NCBI GenBank assembly: GCA_965238125.1
Contig: OZ250179.1
Span: forward strand, 2,918,723 to 2,982,722
Source: Bryobacterales bacterium
GTDB lineage: Bacteria > Acidobacteriota > Terriglobia > Bryobacterales > UBA6623
Direction of reading: 5' to 3'
Length of the DNA stretch: 64,000 nucleotides
The notes beneath the pieces are model-generated. The model was not told the DNA's origin. It did no database searches and saw only the letters and a program-made list of their open reading frames with translations. This document shows, in pieces, positions 1 through 10,580 of this stretch; within the stretch, counting starts at the first letter, position 1; the number at the start of each line of letters is the position of its first letter. The position numbers and the translations under genes are program-made.

Positions 1-224
1 GGGGTGCCTTGACCTTTTGTAACAAAAGTCCCGATACACCATGCGGTCATCAGCGCTCCCGCGAGGCCAACCACCATACCGACGGGTCGGAGCCAGGGCG
101 GGACAGCGAAGGCGAGTTCCGAGTCCAGCGGCTGTACGGAGACCGCGAGCCACGCCCAGAGGAATACAAAGCCGGAGGCATAGAGAACGGCTCGCAGGGC
201 AACGATGATTCGGTGCGCAGTCAC
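1..224 (-). CDS. Isoprenylcysteine carboxylmethyltransferase / PEMT-family membrane protein (runs off window edge)
   Basis: Not in ORF track. Manual minus-strand translation from GTG at 224: MTAHRIIVALRAVLYASGFVFLWAWLAVSV...GMVVGLAGALMTAWCIGTFVTKGQGTP. Two TM helices followed by the G-x-G-T-P motif typical of this family. Confidence 0.7.
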   Translation of the reverse strand, partial: MTAHRIIVALRAVLYASGFVFLWAWLAVSVQPLDSELAFAVPPWLRPVGMVVGLAGALMTAWCIGTFVTKGQGT

Positions 225-372
225 GAGGGGTCAGCGTTCCGACAGGCCCAACAGGGGTAACATAGCCGAGCGAGAACTGCCGCTGCATTGGTCCCGGTCT
301 CGAGGCAAATCGGGACACTGCAGCCCGCCGGCTCGGAGAGTTTGGGAGAGTTCGGGGGGAGAGTTCCGGGAA

Positions 373-1569
373 CTACCCCGCGGCCGCCTCCGCGGCCTGC
401 ATGGCACGCAAGGCATTGCGCCCCATCACCTTGTCGACGTCCTCGTCGGAGAAGCTGCGGTCTTTGAGGGCCTTGACCAGGTTCGGCGTCTTGGCAATGT
501 CTTCCAGCCCCGCGGGCAACTTGAGCCCCACGGCGTCGAAATCCGAGCCAAGCCCTACGTGGTCGATGCCGGCTACGGTCGCGGCGTGTTCGATATGGTC
601 CACCAATCGGCTCATCGGAATTTGTCCGATCGACTCGACGCCGGCTTTTTCGATCTTCCAGAGCTCTTCCGACAATTCTCTGCGGTCCGCGTCCTTGAGT
701 CGCTCGCGGGCGGCGGCCTTTTGCTCGTTGAACTCGGCCAATTGCCCCATCTTCGAGGCGAAGTCGTCGTCCAGCATTCCGGCGTAGTAGGCGACCCCGA
801 GAACCCCGCCGTTCTCGCCGAGCTTCTTCAGCATGTCGTCGGTCAGATTCCGCGGATGGTCCGCAACCGCTTGGCAGGCGCCGTGGGTGTCGAGAATCGG
901 TGCGGTGCTTGTGTCAATCACGTCGTAAAACGACTGCTTCGACGCGTGCGACATGTCGATCATCATCCCTAGCCGGTTCATCTCACGGACAATCTCCTTC
1001 CCGAAGTCCGTCAGGCCCTCGGGTCCGTCCTCGTATTCGGCGGCGCCGATCCAAGGCGTGTTGCCGCTATGCGTCAGCCCCAAGTAGCGCGCCCCGAGCC
1101 GATAGAACTGCCGCAGCACCTCGATGCTCGAGTCGATCATGTGACCGCCCTCGACTCCCAGCAAGATGGCGACCGTGCCTTCGCGCTGCGCCCGCAAGAC
1201 GTCGTCGGAAGTGGTCGCGATGAAAAGGTCGTCGGGATGGCGCTGAACTTCTTGGACGATCACATCCGTGATCTTCAAGGCCTCCTTGACGGACTCCAGC
1301 GGCGTCTTGTCGCGCGCCGAGGAGAAGACCGCGAAGAAGCCGGCGTTCAGCCCGCCTTGCTTCATCTTCGGGATGTCGACCGAAGTCCACCGATAGGTTT
1401 CGGCCAAGTCCAGCCCTTCCGATACCATACGCCCGGGCGTATCGATATGAAGGTCGAAATAGAGCGGACCGGCCGGAGCTTCCGGCTCTGGTTCGGGTTC
1501 AGGCGCGGCCGCGCAGGCGGCGGTCAGAGCGGCGGCGGTGGAGAGTCCCCATTCACGTCGAGTCAACAT
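373..1569 (-). CDS. Membrane dipeptidase (peptidase M19, renal dipeptidase family), probably an exported lipoprotein
   Basis: Motifs DLHIDT, GVEGGH, LTH, IDMSH, THG, IDHVGLGSDFD. Likely start MLTRREW (ATG at 1569) with twin-Arg and LTAAC lipobox-like signal. Confidence 0.9.
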   Translation of the reverse strand: MLTRREWGLSTAAALTAACAAAPEPEPEPEAPAGPLYFDLHIDTPGRMVSEGLDLAETYRWTSVDIPKMKQGGLNAGFFAVFSSARDKTPLESVKEALKITDVIVQEVQRHPDDLFIATTSDDVLRAQREGTVAILLGVEGGHMIDSSIEVLRQFYRLGARYLGLTHSGNTPWIGAAEYEDGPEGLTDFGKEIVREMNRLGMMIDMSHASKQSFYDVIDTSTAPILDTHGACQAVADHPRNLTDDMLKKLGENGGVLGVAYYAGMLDDDFASKMGQLAEFNEQKAAARERLKDADRRELSEELWKIEKAGVESIGQIPMSRLVDHIEHAATVAGIDHVGLGSDFDAVGLKLPAGLEDIAKTPNLVKALKDRSFSDEDVDKVMGRNALRAMQAAEAAAG

Positions 1570-1701
1570 AGCGGTCCAATTATACGCGTCTTGCCCCCGC
1601 CTTCGCATGTGCGGCTCTGACGCCGCGAACCCCAGTACAGAGCGGTGACCGGGAAGGGCTTACTTTTGCGCGTTCATGTCGCGCATCCGCCGAGCGGCGG
1701 C

Positions 1702-2843
1702 CTTGCGGCAGATCTGTTGCGGCAGTCGGTCTACAGCCGCTTGGCGGGCTACGAGGACCTCAACGACGCCGAGCGGGTTTCGATCGATCCGACGTTTCGG
1801 CTGATCGGTTCGCAGAAGATCTGGGATCGCGGTGCGGCCTTGACCTCGACGCTGCACGGCTTCGAGACGGAGATGCCGGCGAGCGAAGAGAACCTGCTGG
1901 GGCTGATGGCGCTGAACCGAGAGCTGGTCGGGCAAGCGGAGGCGTTCGACGACTCCGAGCGGGTCGTTCTGGACATGGACTCCACCGAGAGTCCGGTCCA
2001 TGGCCAACAGGAAGGCAGTGCCTACAACGGACACTTCGAGTCGGTCTGCTACCACCCGTTGCTTTTGTTCAACGGTCATGGTGATTGCCTCGCTGCCAAG
2101 CTGCGTCCCGGCAACGTGCATAGCGCCGAGGACTGGGATGAGCTATTGTTGCCGGAGATCGAGCGCCAACAGGCTGCGGGCAAGCAGGTCGCCTTCCGGG
2201 GCGATGCGGCCTTTGCCAAGCCGGGAGTTTATGAGGCTTCGGAGGAACGAGGAGTACAGTACGCCATCCGCATTCCGGCCAACAGGAGCTTGGAGTTGGA
2301 GATCGAAGACATCCTGTTTCGTCCGCCGGGGAGGCCCGGCCGCAAGCCGCTAGTGCGCTACAAGAGCTTTCGCTATCAGGCGGAGAGCTGGAAGAAGCCG
2401 AGACGAGTTGTCGCCAAGGTCGAGCACCACCAGGGCGAGCTGTTCGCGCGCGTCGGTTTTATCGTGACGAACATGAGCTTGCCAAGCCGGTCGGTGGTGC
2501 GTTTCTACAACAAGCGCGGCACGGCGGAGCAGTGGATCAAAGAAGGTAAGCAAGCGACGCACTGGACGCGGCTGTTGTGCCGGCGGTTCCGGGCGAACGA
2601 GGTACGGCTACAACTCAGCGTGTTGGCCTACAACCTGGGAACTTATGGCGGCGGCTCGGACTGCCGAACAGGATCAAGAGTTGGTCCCTGACGAGCTTGC
2701 AACACAGGTTGATGAAGACCGGCGGTCGGCTCGTCAAGCACGCGTGGTATTACTGGCTGCTGCCGGCCGAGGGACATCTGAACCGCAGGCTGTTCGGTGA
2801 TATGCTCGGGCGCATCTGGGCGCTGCCGTTGCCGAGTGGGTAG
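1702..2843 (+). pseudogene. IS1380-family transposase, 5'-truncated and frameshifted
   Basis: LADLLRQSVYSRLAGYEDLNDA...LDMDST...FYNKRGTAEQWIKEGK is closely similar to the intact copy at 30421-31752. It lacks the first ~60 aa and has a 1-bp deletion near 2640 (CTGGGA-ACTTATGG). Confidence 0.9.
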
Positions 2844-3003
2844 CAACCCGCTTGCGAGTGCAAAATCTGAGGGCTAAGGAAGCAAGGCCGCAAGGGGTGT
2901 GTGAAAAATTGCCTTCGCAGCGGCGCCGCCCGAGACACTCGCCATACGGTCGATTTTCAGCTGTCGATCGCATTATGCCGCGCCAGTGCCCGGCGCGCAA
3001 CGC

Positions 3004-4468
3004 CAGAATTGTCCAACACAAGATGAGCCTGAAGGGGGGGCGTGTTTCCAACACAAGATGAGCCTGAAAGCAACAACAGCGACCACGGCGGGACAGGGCA
3101 CACTGCGGGGGAATGCCGATTACCATGCAGCATGCCGAACATCTCACGCCGACCGAGATGCAACCGTTTCTCGACGCCGGCGCCACGCTCAGTTTCGCCG
3201 GGACCGGCCGCCAACCCGTCTACGCGCTGATCCAACGCACCCTGCGTGCTTGCCAATACCCTGCTCTGTCCAAGAAAGACAAAGGGATCGTGCGCCGCTA
3301 CCTGGCCAAGGTCAGCGGACTCAGCCGCTCGCAAATCACCCACTTGATCGCCCGTTGGTGCGAGCGCGGCGTCATCGCACCGCGCGCTTCCAGACGCCGC
3401 CGCTTCCCGCGCCGCTACACGCCCGACGACATCGCTCGGTTGGCCGCCGTCGATGCCGCGCACGAAGGCCTCTCCGGCCCCGCCATCCGTCGCATTCTCG
3501 AACGCGAGTGCACAGTCTACGGCAAGACCGAATACCAACGATTGGCCGCGATTTCGCCCTCCCACATCTACAACCTGCGACGTACCCGCGTCTATCGCGA
3601 ACACCACGTGCACCACACCAAAACGCGGGCCGCGGCGGTGAGCATCGGCGAGCGGCGCAAGCCCGATCCGCGCGGCCGACCCGGTTACCTGCGAGTCGAT
3701 ACGGTGCACCAGGGTGACACCGATTCGAGCAAGGGCTTGTATCACATCAACGCCGTCGACACGGTCACGCAATGGGAAGTGGTGGGCTGTTGCCAAACCA
3801 TCTCCGAGGCCCATTTGAAGCCGGTTTTAGAGGCCGTGCTGCATCAGTTTCCCTTTCGCGTCCGCGGCTTTCACTCCGACAACGGCTCGGAGTTTCTCAA
3901 CTATCGGGTGGCCAAGTTGTTAGAGAAGATGAGGGTCGAGGAGTTCACCAAATCGCGTGCTCATCGCACGACCGACAATGCGTTGGTGGAAGGCAAGAAC
4001 GGCGCGGTGGTGCGCAAGCACATCGGACACGAGCCCATCGCCGCCGAGCACGCCGAAAAGTTGCAACGCTTCTACGCGGCCGATTTCAATCCCTATTTGA
4101 ACTATCACCGCCCGTGTGGATTCGCGACCGTGGAGACGGCTTCCAACGGCAAGCGCCGCCGTCGTTACCGGCTCGCCGACTACCGCACGCCCTGCGAAAA
4201 GTTGCTGTCGCTCGACGCGCTGGAGAGCTGTTTGAAGCCCGGGATTACGGCGGCGTTTCTGGAGCGACAAGCGGGGCGGATGAGCGATACCGAGTGTGCT
4301 TTGCGGATGCAGCGCCGCAAGAGAGAACTGCTCGACGAGTGCCGCGCGCGACGTTCAGCGATGGTTGGAGTCGCGCGGTCGGAGCCGGACCGAACGGTCC
4401 GGGATTCGACAGGGAGGGAGGGGGAAGGGGAAGCTCATGTTGTTTGCGAGCACAGGCCAAGCGCGTGA
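3004..4468 (+). mobile_element. ISNCY-like insertion sequence with rve/DDE transposase (CDS 3113-4468)
   Basis: 451-aa ORF with LRVDTVHQGD, FHSDNGSEF and DNALVEGKNG (DDE core). Left end has 22-bp direct repeats TCCAACACAAGATGAGCCTGAA (3012-3033, 3047-3068). A partial inverted copy AAGCTCATGTTGT lies at 4431-4443. Confidence 0.8.
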
Positions 4469-4469
4469 C

Positions 4470-5234
4470 CTGCCCCCTGGGTATGGTCCAGTTGGAATGA
4501 GAGAGCGACTGCGGGCATTCTTCCGATTCGGTCATGAGGCCGGCTGGATCGGCGAAAACCCCGCGTTCCGGCACAAGAACCCGCAGGTTACCGCACCCCC
4601 GACGATGCCGTTCGAGCGCGAGGAGATGATCCAGATCCTACGCGCCTGCGATCAGTACACAGACAATTACGGTCGCACAGGACAGGCGAACGCCAGGCGG
4701 CTCCGGGCGTTGGTGCTGGTGCTCAGATACTCGGGGTTGCGGATTGGGGACGGAGTCACACCTCCCAAGGATCGCGTCCGCGACGGGAAAGTATTCTTGT
4801 ATACGCAGAAAACCCGCGTGCCGGTCTACCTTCCCCTGCCCGCTTTCGTCGTGGAAGCCCTAGACGCCTGCCCGAGCACTGGCGCCGATTATTTCTTTTG
4901 GACGGGCGAATCGAAGAAGAAGAGCGCCGTGGGGGATTGGCAGCGATCCCTCCGCAAGCTCTTCAAGCTGGCCGGCGTGAACAGGGGCCACCCCCATCGA
5001 TTTCGAGACACCTTCGCGATAGAGCTGCTCCTACAGGGTGTTCCAATCGAGCGAGTCGCAGTCCTGTTGGGGCACTCACGCGTGAGGGTAACCGAAAAGC
5101 ACGATTCGCCGTGGGTGCGTGCTCGCCAGGAGCAGCTAGAGGCGGACGTGAGGCGAACCTGGGGCGAAGACCCCGCTGGTGCTTTCCGAAACGAAGGGTA
5201 CACCAGACGTACACGAGAGGGTCGATGCTGTTAA
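4470..5234 (+). pseudogene. Tyrosine recombinase/integrase C-terminal remnant
   Basis: ERLRAFFRF..GWIGENPA, SGLRIGD, HRFRDTFA, LLGHS motifs are present. The catalytic Tyr position reads KH-D-SPW (GAT at 5103-5105). The N-terminus is lost at the adjacent IS. Confidence 0.85.
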
Positions 5235-5253
5235 CTAGATGAAAACAAATAGG

Positions 5254-6078
5254 TTAAATTGGTGGAGGCTCTCGCATCTTCATTCGATCGGCGGGAATGC
5301 GCCATTCGGCCTCGTCGAGGTCGATTTCTGGCCACCGCGCCCTGCGCAGCTCGCCAGGGCGGACGAACACAAGGGGGGCCAGCCGCAAGGCGCACTTCGT
5401 CACGAAAAACCCTTCGTACGTGTCGATCGCACGAAGCAGCTCACCAATGCGCTTCGGTTCGATGATGGAGGCGTGGTGCCGTTCCTTGGGCGGAGGCAGC
5501 GCACCCCGAATATCGCCGGTCGGATCACGCTCCGCTCGGCCTGTGGCGATGGCGTACCGGAAGACCTGCCCGCAGTTCTGCATGGCGCGGTGGGCAGTCT
5601 CCACGGCGCCGCGGCTCTCTATCCGGCGCAGCACCGGCAGCAGTTCCGGCGCCCTGATGCTGGCGACCGGGCGCTTGCCAAGCCAGGGAAACAGGTCGTT
5701 CTCGAATCGCCGCAAGATGCGATCGCCGTGGCTTGCGACCCACCCCGGTGAGAACTTCGCGTGCCACTCCCGAGCGATGGCCTCGAAGCTGTCTGCGCCC
5801 GCGAGCGCGAGCTTCTGCGCCTTGCGGGCCTGCCCAGGATCGATGTCGGCGGCAAGCTGCTGGCGGACGGCGTCGCGCCGCTCACGGGCCGATTTCAGGC
5901 TGACATCTGGGTAGACTCCGAGCGAGAGCCGCTTTTCCTTGCCGCCGAAACGGTACTTCCAGCGCCACCATTTTCCGCCAGCGGGGCTGACCTCCAAGTA
6001 GAGACCTCCGCCATCGAACAACTTGCGTGTCTTGGCCTGCGGCTTGGCAGCGCGGACTGCGGTGTCCGTCAGCGGCAT
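5254..6078 (-). pseudogene. P4-like (IntA/CP4-57 type) integrase, C-terminally truncated
   Basis: MPLTDTAVRAAKP..KLFDGGGLYLEV..GGKWWRWKYRFGGKEKRLSLGVYP arm-binding domain, then FVRPGELR. The ORF stops at 274 aa (RMKMREPPPI*), before the HxxR and Tyr motifs. It lies immediately downstream of tmRNA. Confidence 0.9.
5260..5269 (-). repeat. att-like copy of the tmRNA 3' end (TGGTGGAGGC)
   Basis: 10/10 identity to 6246-6255. Preceded by an AT-rich stretch and GTACAC-containing arm-like repeats (5197-5213). Confidence 0.65.
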
Positions 6079-6080
6079 GA

Positions 6081-6130
6081 GGGGGCAACTCCGGTTCGAC
6101 GTCTCCCTGTTGCCCCCAGAGTTGCCCCAC
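6081..6130. promoter_or_regulatory. Putative integrase arm-type sites (GTTGCCCCC x2, inverted GGGGGCAAC)
   Basis: Two direct copies and one inverted copy lie between the integrase start and the tmRNA 3' end, as expected for a P4-type att junction. Confidence 0.5.
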
Positions 6131-6245
6131 CTGTGGGGTCAGCTTCCCCTGGAAGAAACGGGACCATACCGGACAGTATAACAGGTGCAAGCCCTCTATT
6201 GACAGTGTCTTATCGGCTTTGCTGGGATCAGGTTGGACTTGTTGG

Positions 6246-6598
6246 TGGTGGAGGCGGCGGGAGTCGAACCCGCGTCCGGAAAAGTCTATCGCGAAGAGCC
6301 TACATACTTAGTCCGCTCGAAAGTCTCGGCCGGCTCCTTGGAACGGACAAGAAAGAACCAACCCAGCCCGATTAATTTCAGCTTACGGCTCCGGACAGAA
6401 GCCTGCGGCCAATCCCGCGAAATGACACCCTTCCCCGCCGTGCGGGCCCGACGGAGAGAGCGCGCCGACCTAATTAGGCGGCGTAGGCTAACTGCGTGTT
6501 GTTATTGGCAGTTGTTATGGTCCGATCGTTTAACGGGAGCTCGGAACCCGGTATGCCTCTTCACGACGGTGCAATCCCGTCGAATCCGTTACGCCCCC
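6246..6598 (-). ncRNA. ssrA: tmRNA
   Basis: 5' GGGGGCGTAACGGATTCGAC and 3' GGGTTCGACTCCCGCCGCCTCCACCA form an Ala-type acceptor stem with a G-U pair plus a T-arm. The internal tag ORF at 6474-6509 encodes ANNNTQLAYAA*. Confidence 0.98.
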
Positions 6599-6686
6599 CC
6601 TTTCCTACTTCTCTTATGATACCGCGCCGCGCAAATCCCGGCCGCGCCTGAAGGCCGATTCCCAAAGCAGCGGCTCTGGCGGTCGG

Positions 6687-6760
6687 CCCGCGTTTCTCAT
6701 CGCGTGACGAGGCAAAGTGCGGGAGAGGCCTGGCAGTACGAGGCGTGCGCCGCTTGACGC
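6687..6760 (+). repeat. Partial copy of the MITE at 25610-25799
   Basis: 63/74 ungapped identity to 25610-25683 by manual alignment. Confidence 0.75.
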
Positions 6761-6778
6761 TGCGCGGACTTCCCGCCG

Positions 6779-6803
6779 GTAGCGACCGGCACTCGTGCCG
6801 GTC
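6779..6803 (+). repeat. REP-like palindrome GTAG-C-GACCGGCAC-TC-GTGCCGGTC
   Basis: GTAG tetranucleotide followed by a perfect 9-bp stem. Confidence 0.65.
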
Positions 6804-6861
6804 CCAGCCCACACTTGACACAACCTTTCAGCTTGTCTCTCGATCTTCTACATTGGCTCCC

Positions 6862-6887
6862 AGTGGGGCAGGTCTCCAGGCCTGCCC
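6862..6887 (+). repeat. REP-like palindrome AGTGGGGCAGGTCTCCAGGCCTGCCC
   Basis: An identical 26-bp copy lies at 55355-55380. GTGG is followed by a GGGCAGG/CCTGCCC stem. Confidence 0.75.
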
Positions 6888-6918
6888 TTTCCTCACGCCG
6901 CCCAATTGAAGTTTCAGG

Positions 6919-7482
6919 CTATATTCCCTTCCAGCGCGCCGCTTCGGGATCGGGGAGTCCCAGTAGGTCCAGCATTCGATCGACAAAGGCTTTGATGATG
7001 TCGTCGACGGTCTTGGGGCGCTGATAAAACGCCGGCATCGGGGGGGCGATCACGGCGCCCATTTCGGCCAACGCGGCCATCGTTCGCAGGTGACCCAAAT
7101 GGAGGGGCGTCTCGCGCACAGCCAGAATCAGCCGGCGCTTCTCCTTCAGCGTGACGTCGGCGGCCCGGACCAGCAGGTTCGAGGTGATACCGCCGGCGAT
7201 CGCGGACATGGTGTGGATCGAGCAAGGGGCGATCACCATCCCGTCGGTTGGGAATGACCCGCTCGCGACTTGCGCGCCGATTTGCTCGTTCGAATACCAA
7301 GCATCGGCCAGCGGCTTGATCTCGGCCAGAGCGGCGCCGGTTTCCTGGTGCAGGGTCTTTTCGGCGGCTCGTGTAACAATGAGATGTGTTTCGACGCCTT
7401 CTCGATGACGCAACGATTCCAGTAGCCGGACACCATAGATCGAGCCGCTGGCGCCGCTGAGTCCGATCACGATTCGTTTCAA
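6919..7482 (-). CDS. ubiX: Flavin prenyltransferase UbiX
   Basis: MKRIVIGLSGASGSIYG, ASGS, MVIAPCS, RAADVTLKEKRRLILAVRETP, PPMPAFYQRP. Confidence 0.96.
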   Translation of the reverse strand: MKRIVIGLSGASGSIYGVRLLESLRHREGVETHLIVTRAAEKTLHQETGAALAEIKPLADAWYSNEQIGAQVASGSFPTDGMVIAPCSIHTMSAIAGGITSNLLVRAADVTLKEKRRLILAVRETPLHLGHLRTMAALAEMGAVIAPPMPAFYQRPKTVDDIIKAFVDRMLDLLGLPDPEAARWKGI

Positions 7483-7522
7483 GCTACCTCCGGTCCGCCC
7501 TGCGCGGAACAGCCCCGCTTGC

Positions 7523-7589
7523 TTTGTTCTGAAAACAGAACAAAACTGCTAAATGCTGTCTTTCCTGTTGTTCCGGAAACCTCTATAAT
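7523..7589 (+). promoter_or_regulatory. Perfect palindrome TTTGTTCTG-AAAA-CAGAACAAA (7523-7544) and TATAAT -10 box (7584-7589) upstream of the XRE regulator
   Basis: Read directly in the AT-rich divergent ubiX/HTH intergenic region. Confidence 0.5.
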
Positions 7590-7983
7590 CTCAGAGTACG
7601 TCATCGATGGACGTTCCGTGCGGTTTTCTGAGCTTGTTTTAACATGGATCCGGGCCTCAAACTCAAGAAAGTTCGCGAAAAGCTGGGGTTGCGATACCGT
7701 CAGGTCGAGCAGGCGAGCAACCTCATTGCACAGCGCCACCGCAACTCGGACTACGTGATCGGCCTGAGTCGGCTGGCCGACATCGAAAACAAGGGGGTGG
7801 TCCCCAGCCTCCATCGATTCTACAGCCTCTGCGCCATTTATCGGCTGGACCTGACCGAGGTGCTCGAGTGGTACGGGATCTCCATTTCCAACATCTGGAA
7901 GGATTCGCAGACTCTGGCGCCTCCCGCTACTCACTTGGTGCCGACTCACGATGGTGCTCGCAGCTCCGTTTCGATGCCGCTTA

Positions 7984-9076
7984 CTGAGTCTCGCATAATA
8001 TACTGTCAATCGAGACAAAGAGAAGACTGTTTCCAGAAAGCGGTAATCAAGCGCGGTTTGCGGCGCATTCGCCGCAGCGCTTTGCGGGCGCGCTCGTCGA
8101 GTTCCCAGTAGTCCTTCGGGCAGACGTTGGGCAACTCGTGCTGCTTCCAGTACGCCCAAATGTATTCCACCGGGTTCAACTCCGGCGCATAGGGCGGCAA
8201 GTACTCCGTTGCGATGTGATCCTCGGAGAGCTGGATGAACTCCCGCACCAGGCGGCTGCGGTGCGCCGGCAGCCGGTCCCAGACGATCAGCAGTGGGCCG
8301 TCGATGTGGCGCACCAAAGCCTTCAGGAAGTCGATGACCTCCAGCTCGCCGATCGCGCCGGGATAGAGCCGGAAGTAAAAGTTGCGCAACGTCAGCCCGG
8401 CCGACACCGACAGCTTGTCCCAGTTGAAGTTGAACTCCAACACCGGTGTCTCGCCGCGCGGCGCCCAGGTGCGGCAACGATGCGGCTTCTGACTCAATCC
8501 GCTTTCGTCGATGAAGACGATCGTACGTTCTTCTTTGCGGGCTTTTTTTTAATGGCCGGCCAAGTCTTGCGCTGCCAGCCGCGGATGGCCTCTTCGTTGC
8601 GCTCCCGCGCTTTGCCGACGGGCCGTTGCGGGCTCCAACCGAGCGCCCGCAGGATCTTCCAGACATGGCCCTCGTGATAGCGCACGCCGAACTCGTCTCC
8701 GATCAGACGAGCGACCCGCGGACAGCTCCACAGCGGCGTCGGGAAGCCGTGCGCCTCGGGGCCTTCCAGCAGCAACGCCTCGAGGCGTTCGAGCTGCGCG
8801 GCGTGCAACAGCGGCTTACGGCCGGCGCGGCCGGCCTGGCGCAACCCGGCTTCGCCGTCACGCCGGTATCGTCGCAGCCACTCGCTGACGCTTTGCCGCG
8901 CGACCTTCAATCGCCTCGCTGTCTCGGACTGACTACAGCCTTGCTCGACCAACCGGATCGCTTTGAAACGGCGCTTCTCCAGGGCCTCGAAATCCCGCCG
9001 TACGCCTTTTGTATTTCCCATACATACAAAGACGTACGTACCCCAAAAAGATGTCATTTTATTTTGCGAGACTCAA
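7984..9076 (-). mobile_element. IS630-family element, apparently intact (transposase 8006-9021 via -1 programmed frameshift)
   Basis: 1093 bp with TIR (C/T)TGAGTCTCGCA(T/A)AATA and TA duplication (7982-7983 / 9077-9078). The HTH orfA is followed by an A8 slippery site (8543-8550) and orfB with IDES / VWDR / ELNPVE DDE residues. Confidence 0.93.
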
Positions 9077-9487
9077 TAAGCTCGAGCCGGGCCTGGATTT
9101 TCGCGAGAGCACCTACCTGAGTCGCATGATTCAGCAGTGGGGCAAGGTTCCCTTAAGTCTGTTGGACACCCTGGATCTTGAAGATCACCGCTACGGTTTC
9201 ATTGGGACCGACGACTATATGATGTATACCCGTTGGTGCGGCCCGGGTCGTTGGTGCAAATCGATGATTCAAGGACCAAGATCCGCCAGACGGGTTGGAC
9301 CAACGAGTTCGAGCGTCCCATCTACTTCTTCGAACTGCGCGACGCCTACGTGTGCTCGTGGTGCAACGTGAGCGGGGAGCACCTCATTCTGCAACCCCAC
9401 CACGGGTCGCCGTGCGGGCCGATGGTCTTGCGGAACCCGAGCCAAGTCGACGTGATTGGACAGGTAATCGGCGTGGCGATGCATCTA

Positions 9488-10580
9488 TTGAGTCTCGCAA
9501 AATAAAGTGACACCTTTTGGTGTTGCCGTACGTATTCTTATGTATGGGAACACCGAAAGGAAAGCGCCGTGATTTCGAAGCATTGGAGAAACGCCGTTTC
9601 GAAGCGACGCGTTTGCTCGATGAAGGACTCAATCAGTCCGAAACCGCCAGGCGTCTGACAGTCGCCCGCCAAATCGTCAGTGAGTGGCGACGACAGTACC
9701 TGGCGCAAGGCGAGGCCGGGCTGCGCAAGGCCGGCCGCGCCGGCCGCAAGCCGCTATTAGACGCCACGCAGCTCGAACGCCTGGAGATCCTGCTGCTCGA
9801 AGGCCCCGAGGCGCACGGCTTCCCGACGCCGTTGTGGAGCTGTCCGCGGGTGGCTCGTCTGATCCGAGACGAGTTCGGCGTGCGCTATCACGAGGGCCAT
9901 GTCTGGAAGATCCTGCGGGCGCTCGGCTGGAGCCCGCAACGCCCGGTCGGCAAAGCCCGCGAGCGCAACGAAGAGGCCATCCGCGACTGGAAGTGCAAGA
10001 GGTGGCCGGCCATTAAAAAAAAGCCCGCAAACAAGACCGCACGATCGTCTTCATCGACGAAAGCGGATGGAGTCAGAAGCCGCATCGTTGCCGCACCTGG
10101 GCGCCGCGCGGCGAGACGCCGCTGCTGGAGTTCAACTTCAATTGGCAGAAGCTTTCGGTGTCGGCCGGGTTGACGTTGCGCAACTTTACTTTCGGCTCTA
10201 TCCCGGCGCGATTGGCGAGTTGGAGGTCATCGACTTTCTGAAGGCCTTGGTTCGCCACATGGACGGCCCGTTGATGATCGTCTGGGACCGCTTGCCGGCG
10301 CATCGCAGTCGGATGGTGCGAGAGTTCATTGAACTCTCGCAAGGCCATATCGTGACGGAGTATTTGCCGGCGTATGCGCCGGAGCTGAATCCGGTGGAAT
10401 ACATCTGGGCGTACTGGAAACAGCACGAGTTGCCGAACGTCTGTCCGAAGGACTACTGGGAACTCGACGAACGTGCCCGCAAAACGCTGCGGCGCATGCG
10501 CCGCAAACCGCGCTTGATTACTGCTTTCTGGAAACAGTCTTCTCTTTGTCTCGATTGACAGGATATTATGCGAGACTCAA
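9488..10580 (+). mobile_element. IS630-family element, second copy (transposase 9544-10558, extra frameshift)
   Basis: 1093 bp with the same TIRs and TA duplication (9486-9487 / 10581-10582). A8 slippery site at 10015-10022. One T is missing near 10185 (AACTTTACT vs AACTTTTACT in copy 1). Confidence 0.93.

Noticed and set aside
1660-1700. Minus-strand tail AAARRMRDMNAQK* as a possible smpB end near ssrA
   Set aside because: Too short, with no diagnostic SmpB motif; left unassigned.
3012-3068. Possible CRISPR array (22-bp repeats)
   Set aside because: Only two units with a 13-bp gap, at an IS end, and no cas genes in the window.
7483-7643. LexA box upstream of the HTH gene
   Set aside because: GTTC words are present but not in a GTTC-N7-GTTC spacing.
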